From Azolla caroliniana (Eukaryota > Plantae > Polypodiophyta), in assembly GCA_043228905.1 (NCBI GenBank), contig JBHGNT010000002.1:682001-746000 (forward strand): DNA of 64,000 nucleotides, in the 5' to 3' direction. Within the stretch, counting starts at the first letter, position 1. Each line of letters begins with the position of its first letter. The notes below the pieces were generated by a model. The model did not search any database and was not told the DNA's origin. It saw only the letters and a list, made by a program, of their open reading frames with translations. The translations under genes and the position numbers were made by a program. Shown here piece by piece: positions 26,836 to 36,551 of this stretch.

Positions 26836-26960
26836 AATCCAATATGCTTCTAAACCAGCAGAGCAAGAATGCCATCATAGAGGGAAATAGTTTGCCAATG
26901 TAAAGATGTAATGCTTTGAATTCGAAGGTTATTTATGATACATATTTGAATTGTCATATA

Positions 26961-27204
26961 TTTTAAGGGCAAATGATCAAAATGTCACTTTAATTTAAGT
27001 AATTTCGAAAATGTCACTTCATTTCAGAAAATTCCCTCAAATTCACAAAACAATATACACACAATGTCGCAAACTACAGATTTTGATGTATGGAGTCAAG
27101 ATGCCTGCTCTGATATTTTTAAGGAAAATGATCAAAATGCTACTCCAAATCATAATAATTTCGAAAATGTCACTTTAGTTCAGATATTTCCCTCAAATTC
27201 ACAA
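26961..27204. repeat. Two direct copies of an ~90-bp sequence
   Basis: ttttaagg..aaatgatcaaaatg...aatttcgaaaatgtcactt...tcaga.a.t.ccctcaaattcacaa at ~26961 and ~27117. Confidence 0.65.
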
Positions 27205-27525
27205 TCTCATTCGGTTTTAATTATTGGCCAATCATCATAATTCGGAACTTTGAAAAGTCACTCAATCTCATTCATCATTAATTGGAGCAGTGTTTCAAGC
27301 TTAATATGTGGCCACGACACTATTTTTTGGCATTCTTGAAATTGTATTAAGTCAAATGGCATTGGGTGTTACGGCAAACTAGAGCGACAATGTTTTGTAA
27401 TCTTCCCCATATTGTATTGTTCTCTAATATCAAGGTAGAAGATACTACACATCATGCTTTGGCTCATGGGTCATCATGGATGGTGAATACAATAGATCTA
27501 AATTTCTTTGACATTGAAGAACAAG

Positions 27526-27565
<40 letters not shown>
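27526..27565. repeat. (GA)n microsatellite, which is also the (TC)n tail of the adjacent minus-strand LINE
   Basis: Direct sequence. Confidence 0.9.
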
Positions 27566-27569
<4 letters not shown>

Positions 27570-28391
27570 ATTATCGTCTTCGCACGTCAAATATGACTTA
27601 TGAGACCAAAAATATTACATTTCACGTGATATGTGTGAATGTGAGTAGTGACTCTTGATGTTCAAGAACTTTACCAATGAATGTTGCAATCAAGAGTGCA
27701 CATTGTGGTTGTGAGAGGAATTCATGCAAGGATTGGGTCAGTCGAAGAGATGTGGAAAGCATGGTCGAATATGATCAAAGGCAGAGCATTGTATCAAAGT
27801 GTGATACTCAGACTCGCGAACTTGTTTAGGGCTAAGTGTGCATAACTGACCACTCTCATCACTTGTGCCCCAACGCCCCGTTTCACATCGCATTTCATGT
27901 GAGCTAAGTCGCATGGAAGCAATGGTTCGAATGGCAGATAACGGTATGGGCTCTAACATGTAGTGATGTGTACGATTTCCCCGTTCTGCAAAGAATATGG
28001 TTTTGTAGTTAGGTGTAACATGTGTAGTATAATGTGTGAAGGGTGAGCCTCCACATTTGTCCCATGTCATGATACATTGGCGTTGCAAAAATGCCTGATT
28101 TACAGAGGAATCTAATGATGCATCATGAAGCAAGTGTCTTACATCGCATTTACCAAACCATTTTTCTATATCTTGCATCCAACCGGAACACAAAATTTTG
28201 CTTCTATTCGACTTTTGGATCTTTTTGCTTGCTTCCCACGCAATTCTAGGAAGTCGATGTGAGGGACTTTTTTGAACCTTAAGCATGTATTCAACAACCC
28301 TTTCCATGGCCATGATCCCAATGGGAAGTGATCCCGTCTCAAGGAGGAGGGTGTAGGGCGTTTGTTTCTTAACTTGTAGAAACTTTGTATA
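27566..28391 (-). mobile_element. 5'-truncated RTE-X-like LINE 3' end
   Basis: ORF 27738-28313 has HRLPRIAW, RLSSHEMRCETGRW, C.LS...ESEYHTLIQC..F, homologous to 4167-4817. It is flanked by (GA)n on both sides. Confidence 0.85.
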
Positions 28392-28406
28392 AGAGAGAGA
28401 GAGAGA

Positions 28407-28538
28407 GCCCAGATGGATGTAGCTCAGTTGGTAAGGTTGCCCAATGGAGACCAGGTGGCCATGGGTTCAACCCCTACATTCCACAGTGGCATCTAGTGAA
28501 TTTATAAGAGATATATAAGAAGTATATAATAGAGGTGA
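28407..28538 (+). mobile_element. tRNA-derived SINE, copy 1
   Basis: A box TAGCTCAGTTGG and B box GGTTCAACCCC at tRNA spacing. Nearly identical to 32090-32210. Follows a (GA)n run. Confidence 0.75.
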
Positions 28539-30540
28539 GGAGAGAATAAATCACCACTACTGAAGTTGGTGATTTATTCTTTTTTAGTTTAATAGGTTCA
28601 AGTTCCAAGCCCTTTCAATTCTATTGATTGAATTCTGTTTGTTAGGAATATCTATGCTACTCAAATAAGCCGAGTCTCATGTGCAATAGTTGTGTGGTAG
28701 TTACATTCTCACGACAATGGAGGCTAGGGTATGGAACTCAGCTTTTCATCAAAGGCACACGATATCTCTCCAATGGATTGTGTACCAGTAACCATGAGCA
28801 GTATAATGATGGCATGCCTACCATGGCTTACGATGTCTTGGAAATGTTTTCCAATGTGAAGGACCTTGTATTTAACCAATTCCTAAAATCATTGGTTAAA
28901 TTTTCTCAAAAAGTTTGTATTATTTTCATGCATAGAAAGAAAACTGTCTATTAGTATAAACAAATTTTCTGAACACCGAAAGCGACCATTGGTATTGATA
29001 TGCCAATTAGAATAGGTGGAGGGTGACAATTATTGGTTGGTGTCGTATAATGACCATGTCAATTCCCATGAAAGCACTCAAGTTCGTCATCATACACATC
29101 CTCACCATAGCCATCACCATTACCGTGTTTACCATCATTTCATTACCATTGTGAACCGAAATGTGGATTATCTAGTATACCAAGCAACAATAATGGAAGT
29201 GCCACATGAAGTAACGATGGGAGCAATGGACATGATGATGGACAAAGTGTTTCGTATTATCTCTCTCAGATAATCGATGCAACATCGCTCTACCTCACAA
29301 CATTGGAAGGCAATAGACAAGCCACTGTCTTATACTAACTGAAGGCTTGGATTCATGTATGCATGGAAACAAATCATCAGCCATGAGATAGGCCGCCCTT
29401 ACAAAGTTTCAATAAAAGAGGAAAGAGAGGTGTTTTGAGAACAAGGTACATTTGTTGTCACTCTTCTGCTTTGGCACCACAAGAGGTTTTGGCTTGAGGA
29501 TAGGGTTTGGGATTGTAACCTTTGTTTGTGTTTTAGAGTTTACATTTATATGCATTTGTTTATGGTATAGAGTTTGCAATTATAAATTGTTTAGAGGTTA
29601 GGGTTTACGAATATAAGCCTTTTATGATGGGTCTAAGTTTTTTTTGATGAGGGTTTACATATTATATTGAATTTGTTTGGAGGTTCAATACCAAACTTGC
29701 AAGAGGTTGCCAAATAATTGTTGAGGGTTCGATGTCAATTTGTGAGGTAGGCTGCCTATGAATTTTCCATAGGAAATGCGTAAACCCGAATAACCTGAAG
29801 TTGAAAATCTTAACTTGCCATTGGCTTGTTAATTTTCTACATTATTTGTTGAGAATGATTGAAGTTGTAGCCCAAAGGCTAGCCAGGCCCAACAACTAGT
29901 TAGCCCAACGACCATATCTGGTGATTAAGTATAGGTTAATTAGTACCTAATTATATGACTAGTTGATAAGCGGAAGATTAAGTGATATGTGTGTGTATGT
30001 GTGTAAGAGGAAGAGAGAGAGAGGAAGTTAACACTTATGAACAACACAAGATGGGGGATGATTAACTCTATATTAAATTAGCATTATCATCATCAAATAC
30101 AAAAATACCATCAATGAGGTATATATACATCTCATGTGCAAGGGTGGACATGTGTGAGGAGAATATAGGTACAATCATGTAAGTCCTATATTAAATGACC
30201 TTGGGAGTGGAGGATCTAGAATATCCTACTTAAGTACAAGGTCCTATTTAAGGCGTTATAGTCAACACTTCTAACTAGATTTTATCTAGGTAACTACGAA
30301 GTTACATGGTTGACTAACTAACTAACTCTAGTTGAGCTTATCTCTCAACACACCCCCTCAAGCTCAAGTGTGAGGCATCCGACATCCGGTTATGCTTTTG
30401 GCGTTGTCCGACTTTTGATGTCGGCTTCTGTGCAGCCCCCGTCTGGTCTTCGACTTTCTTTGCCGTGGCAATCTCGGGTTCTCCCCCTCAAGCCGGTGAT
30501 GAAGGCTTGTAGCGTGTGGGTGAAGGTCGACTACTTCCAC

Positions 30541-31950
30541 CTATCGTGGGTTACGAGCTGCTTCGGTGGAACTCTTGGGCTCTTGGAAGTGGGCGAGCAC
30601 TTCACGTTTCTTCTTCATCGGGTAGATCCACGCGCAGCACGAGTAGTTGTCGATGAAGGTTACGTAGTATCGGCATGCACCGATCGTCGGCGTTTGAGCC
30701 GGTCCCCATACATCCGAGTGTATAATGTCGAGGAGGCCTTTGCTCGCGTGGCTCTCCTTCAGGAATGGGAGTCGATGTTGTTTGCCGAGTTGACACGCTT
30801 CGCATACTCGGTCGACTCGTTTTGACTTAAATGTCGGAAGTCCGATGACAACTCCCTTTGATTGCATAGCTCGGAGCTGTTGGAGGTTTATGTGGCCGAT
30901 TCTCTTGTGCCACAACTCGATGCTTGTCTCTGTTTTGAGACCTTTAGCGTACATTGTCGATTTCACCTTGTTCGAATTGAGGATGAACATTCGACCATCT
31001 CTCCGCCCCTTAGCTATGAGTCGGCCATCTTTCTCGATGAAGCATCCTTCATTGTTGAAGCGGACTTGCATGCCTTGCTCCACAATTTGGCCGATGGAGA
31101 CCAAATTCTTCGTTATTGTGGGCACGTGCAAGACATTCTTGATGCAAGTTTGTTTGCCTTCTTTCCCGAATGGGACATTGCCAATGTGCCGAAGGGGATG
31201 AGTGGTGTCGTCTCCTATCTCTATGAAGCTGGGTTGATCCGGCGTTCGTAAATCACGAAACCACTCTTCGTGAGATCTCATGTGATGTGAGGCGCCGGAA
31301 TCGATGAACCACACGTCTTCCAAGTTGGAGGCGCTTGCACAGTTGGAGGCCGACATAGAGTTTGCTCTATGCCTCATTACGAATAATCCGCCATAATCAT
31401 CGTATTCGGAGTTGACGACGTAATTCGCGAGTTGTCGACTTGTGGAAGCCGACTCGTTTCTTCTTTTTCGGCACTCCTCCTCGCGATGGCCGATTTTGCC
31501 GCAATAGTTGCAAGTTGCGGGCCTCGTTTGTTGACCTTGTTTGGCATGGAAGCTCCCCCTTCTTCCGAAGGTTCCTTGATGGCTTCTGTGAAGGTTTGAG
31601 TTCCCTTCATGTGATGGGCCAAATTGGCCTCTTCTACCGCAGTGACCTCGTCCTCGGCCACCATCCGAACTTGAGAAGAACATTTGTCCTTTCGACGTCT
31701 TCATCTTGGTTCGGACATGGTTCTCTTCGACCAATGACATTGATTGGAGGTTGAAGAACGAAGGAGGGTTTTCCCTTGCCAAGATTGCCTTCCTCAACGA
31801 GTCGAATCGTCGTGCGAGGCCGCCCAAGCATACTTGAACCATCTTGTCTTCGTTGACGTTTATTTTGATGGAGTCAAGTGAGTCGCAAATGCTCTTGATC
31901 TTGGTGGTGTTGTCCGACACATACATGTCTTTTTGCCAAATGTTGTTCAA
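30541..31950 (-). pseudogene. Copia gag-protease-partial integrase ORF (internally deleted, no RT/RNase H)
   Basis: Zinc knuckle CNYCGKIGHREEEC, protease WFIDSGASHHM, GAG-pre-integrase LWHKRIGH...CEACQLGKQ, integrase start IHSDVWGP...FIDNYS. Confidence 0.9.
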
Positions 31951-32040
31951 CTCGCTCTGATACCATGTTAAGAATTAGGTGATTAAGTATGGGTTAATTC
32001 GTACCTAATTATGCGACTAGTTGATAAGCGGAAGATTAAG

Positions 32041-32085
<45 letters not shown>

Positions 32086-32089
32086 GTTA

Positions 32090-32290
32090 GCCCAGATGGA
32101 TGTAGCTCAGTTGGTAAGGTTGCCCAATGGAGACCAGGTGGTCATGGGTTCAACCCCTACATTCCATAGTGGCATCTAGTGAAATAGAGATATATATAAT
32201 AGAGAGGTGAGAAAATTGGGTTTCGAACCCAAGACACAGTGCTTCTAGTGTTATAGATTTACCACTAGGGTAAGCTAATTACGATAAAAA
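32090..32290 (+). mobile_element. tRNA-derived SINE, copy 2 (full, two convergent tRNA-like heads), inserted in a Copia LTR
   Basis: Absent from the sister LTR at 29920-30349. Flanked by an 18-bp TSD gagaga(g/c)agaggaagtta (32072-32089 / 32291-32308). Short A tail. A/B boxes on both strands. Confidence 0.8.
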
Positions 32291-34196
32291 GAGAGACAGA
32301 GGAAGTTAACACTTATGAACAACACAAGATGGGGGATGATTAACTCTATATTAAATTAGCATTATCATCATCAAATACAAAAATACCATCAATGAGGTAT
32401 ATATAGATCTCATGTGTAAGAGTGCACGTGTAAGGGTGCACATGTGTGAGGAGAATATAGGTACAACTGTGTAAGTCCTATATTAAAAACATTGTTTTTT
32501 GGCGGGCAGGCAGGCAGTAAGACGACATGGTTCTCCAATCCAATGTAGCTGCTATTCTCAGAAATGACTGTGGGAGTGGAGGATCTAGAATATCCTACTT
32601 AAGTACAAGGTCCTATTTAAGGCGTTATAGTCAACACTTCTAACTAGATTTGATCTAGGTAACTACGAAGTTACATGGTTGACTAACGAACTAACTCTAG
32701 TTGAGCTTGATCTCTCAACATGGCCTTTATAAGGAGCCTTCTCCTCCTTATGTTAGATAAGCGATCTCAGTATTTTCTCTCTCTTGTTGTAACATATATA
32801 TATACTCTTGAAAATAAATGAACGGAGAATGTTCATTTTGCAATTTGGTATCAGAGTTGGTCCCCTACAACTCTGCCAAACCCTAGATTTGCCCCTCTAC
32901 TGGCGCAACAACAGTCAAAACAGCACCGTCGTAACATCCAAGAGAGGAAGGGGGGGCTTCTCCTGTTAGGATGACAATGTTATGTGATTGAGTGGTGACT
33001 TGAGAAACGAAGTCAGAAGAGAAGAGACGACATAGTCTACATTGAGAAGATGGATGAGATGTTGTCAAAATTGAATGAGGATGAGGTGAAATACATGAAG
33101 CAAGCTGAGATTGTAGCATTTGGTGGTGTGACGGGAACACAACCACCATCTAGATTTGAACTCCTTCTAGTTGACATCAATCTCAATGGACCAGCTAGGT
33201 GCTTGAGTTGGTCACGTCGGATTAATGGCTATCTAACAAGAGAAGAAAGAACCTCCTGTTAAAATGAGTAGTGAGTGGAAAGCATAGAGAGTTACCCACA
33301 TGTCTTTGTATACTTGGCTTCTCAACTCCATGGTTCCTTCAATTGCTACCAATGTTGATGGAATTCAACATGTGAAGGATATTTGGGAGACATTTGAGAA
33401 CACATACACTAGGAGGGAGAATAACACAACAATGTTTCATATTGAGCATGAGATAGATGAAGTTTAGCAGGGAGATAGGACGATTCAGGTGTATATCATA
33501 GATTTGGAGTGTTTATGGGCTAACTATGATCATTTCTCGCTTGTGACAGTGTGCAATGATCATATGTCAACCCATAAATGCTCCAGTTCTATGGCATACT
33601 CCTGAATCACCATATCTCTCTGTTAAATAACATTTATCTCCTGCTCAATTTGAAACATGCTCCTGTTAGTTTCTCTCCTAGCATAGGTTTTCAATAATTT
33701 CTCTCTCCTGTTGTAACATATATGTATACTCTTGAACATAAATGAAAGGAGAATGTTCATTTTGCAATTTTATCTTTTCTAAAAAGTCACTCGGTTCATG
33801 TAAAACTAAATCACTCTTTTATGATGTGAAAATATATGTATATGTTTTTTAAGTCCAGGTGTTAAAGGAAACACCAATCTTTCTTTCGTGATTAATATAG
33901 TCTTATTCATAATTTCTTGTCATATGTTTTGCTCATTTTTTATTTATGCATATGTTAGGCTAGACATACAACAAGATGAATTGATTGTGGTCATTGCATG
34001 AAAGTAAATGGCACATTATTTTTTTGGAAAATAAAAATAAAAATGGCACATTATTGTCAGAAGGTTGTTGAAAAATAGGACCTAGATATAATTGGAAACC
34101 CCAATGAAATCTATTGTTGGCCTAGAGTATGATCCAGACGAGTAATATGGATGGGGATGAGTCAGAATATAATTTTAGACTAGTAGCGTAATTATT

Positions 34197-34525
34197 AGTT
34201 AAGGAACGGACGGATCCAGATAGTTGTACCGATCCACATCCACACCGATTGATAGCCGGTAGCTGGTAAGGCACCGTTTTGTATTTCCTACCGGATGCCT
34301 ATAAAATGATCCAAAATCGATGTAAATGTCTAACGGAAGTAATATGAGATTAGTTTTCGGTTTTAATTCTATTGTGTCTCTGTGTACTTGCCGTTCTGTG
34401 CTTCAATTGTTAATCTTACGCGTGTTATAACTAATTTGTTGTGTCTTAGCAATCCGGAATGTAATCGGAATTAGTCAGATCGAGATCGGATAGCCAGATA
34501 ACATCCATCCCTTAACCACCCCTTT
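34197..34525. mobile_element. Degenerate MITE-like element, possibly hAT-derived
   Basis: Imperfect terminal inverted repeats (agttaaggaacggacgga vs reverse complement ggttaagggatggatg) and CCGA/TCGG-rich subterminal motifs. No TSD identified. Confidence 0.4.
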
Positions 34526-36551
34526 GGTGAAGTGTTTCGGAAAGGACACCCTGTGTTTGAGGCCAAGTCCAACCCAGAGTAAACACCTATCATGAGTTTT
34601 CTTTGCAACTTGGAACTTATTTACAAGGTTTATTCATTGAGATGCTATTAGCAATTGAGAAGATTTGTAATATATACATATTTTTGTCCCTATGACATGA
34701 AATTTAAGGGAAGTGATTTTAGTTTGATGCTTGACATGTTTGAAGGGAGGTATTTTAGTGAAATGTAAAATTCTTGTATGTGAATCTTAATTTTTTCCAA
34801 AATCATCACATGATGTTATAAGTTTTGAAGGATTATGAATCTCAATGGTTTGGGACGTTGAGAATGGGCTTTGTTGGATGACGAAGAGTTTATTGCAATG
34901 ATCCTATTTTAAAAGGCATACTCAAGTCTAAATTTAGCGTGCATTGGATGTAAATGTGTAAAGAGAAAAACAAAATGTGCCTATCATATAATTCAAATAT
35001 ATATGTTTGTATGAGTCAACGTGATTATTTTAATCAAGATTGTTTGTATACTCACAAGTGCTTTGAGATTCTTATTATTATTCAAGATCGAGACAATAAT
35101 GTTTTTCTTTGATTAAGAAAATGAACGTTAGCCTCGCATCCCGCACACTATTTACACAGTTATAGAGGTGAAGGAACAACTCTCCAACCAATGGTCATTA
35201 CCCGTCAATGACTCGTCAACATCTGACAAACTTCTAGCTAAATTAACAAGAGCTTCAACTCTCCTACATGAGATTTTCAAGACCAGAAGCAATGATGCTC
35301 AGGAAAAGTGACAGAGGACAAAACGGGGACTAGTAGCCTTACAATGACTCCAACAAAGATACCCGTCATGTAGTTGGATTGCAGGACAAGTTGCCATGGC
35401 CAAACATGAACTCAACATGGCGGAAAAGGAAATATACGACATGGAGTTTTATAAAAGCATGGCACGATGGATTCGAGTAGGGGACAAAACCACGAAGGAG
35501 TTCTTTCGCTCCAAAGGCCCGAGACATGCTAGAACAATGATGCGCAACCTCAACCAAGAGGATGGAATGACCACTGAGGATGGGAACGAAATGAGGAATA
35601 TTGCCACAAGTTACTATAAGTGCCTACTTACCGAAGATACTATGGCCACATGGAAAGACATAAGAGAAGATATTATTCTCCAAAGCATACCCGAGAAAGT
35701 CATGACGGAAATGAATACATGGCTCGTGCGTCCCCTATCAATCATCGAGATATGGGAGGCCCTCTCTGATTTGGATGCAGATAGTTGCCCCGGAATCGAC
35801 GGCCTCACCCCTCACTTTTTCACATGCCTTTGGGACACTATTAAAGAAGAACTCCTCCAGGAATATGAGGAGATCATCACCTCTGGAAACATGCCAGAGG
35901 AATTTGGACAAGGGATGATACATCTCATTCCTAAAAGTGGTGGGAGTGCCAACGACATTAGCAAATGTCAGCCCATAACTCTTCTCAATATTGTCCATAA
36001 GTTGCTCACAAAAATCATGGCACGCCGTTTAACACCACTTCTCCCTGAACTCATTCATCCATCCCAGACAGGTTTCGTTAGAAATCGGAGCATCCTAAAC
36101 AACCTCTTCTCATTCTGGGAAGCAGTAGCCCTTGCAAAGCGTACCAACAACAAGGTAGCGATGGTGCTACTAGATTTTGAGAAAGCATATGACATGGTAT
36201 GCTAGAACTTTCTCGAATGTGTGATGGGGAAACTTGACTTTCAAGAGACATGGATCAAAGGCATTGCCGGACTTTATAGGAACAACAACAGTTGCGTCTC
36301 ATTGGCAGGGGAAAGGGGGCCCTTTTTCCGACTATCTAGATCTGTACGACAAGGATGCCCATTAGCTCCTTCCTTATTTCTATTATACGCTGAAGCACTC
36401 TCTTGCTTTCTCAACTCGCGGCATCTCAACCTACGTGGTCTTCCCGTGCCTCATTCTCACCAAAGCATCCTGGATATAGAATTTGCAGATGACACAACGG
36501 TCTACCTGCAAGGGGACTTGGAAAACCTACAAAAGCTTGAAAGTGGGTTAG

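Larger units (their letters stand above)
29920..32720 (-). mobile_element. Non-autonomous Ty1/Copia LTR retrotransposon (family A, copy 1)
   Basis: LTRs at 31966-32720 (with insertions) and 29920-30349 (outer 12 bp lost). PBS TGGTATCAGAGC at 31954-31965 and PPT TGAGGGGGTG at 30351-30360, both on the minus strand. Internal gag-PR-IN fragment. Confidence 0.92.
29847..33766 (+). mobile_element. Older Copia-type element (family B): interrupted 5' LTR (29847-29919 + 32721-32842), PBS, gag remnant, partial second LTR end (33697-33766)
   Basis: TG start at 29847 and CA end at 32842. PBS TGGTATCAGAG (tRNA-iMet) at 32846. gag-like peptides INLNGPARCLSWSRR, WLLNSMVPSIA, DIWETFENTY, QGDRTIQVY. The LTR 3' 70 bp is repeated at 33697-33766. 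The 5' LTR start is inferred. Confidence 0.65.

Noticed and set aside
25361-27204. Pack-MULE TIR pair around the PRR fragment
   Set aside because: The only inverted match (atcattttccctt at ~25364) is short and points the wrong way for an enclosing TIR pair. No TSD found.
28412-28484. Functional tRNA gene
   Set aside because: The D-stem and anticodon arm do not pair canonically. It occurs twice, once bounded by a TSD, so it is called a SINE head.
28679-29273. His-rich short ORFs as genes
   Set aside because: No recognisable domain or splice structure. Likely TE relic or chance.
29480-29700. Interstitial telomere repeat
   Set aside because: Only scattered tagggttt-like words in a T-rich degenerate repeat, with no tandem TTTAGGG array.
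30370-31754. Plus-strand ORFs within the Copia elements (also 41325-44060)
   Set aside because: Antisense shadows of GC-rich gag-pol sequence with no recognisable motifs.
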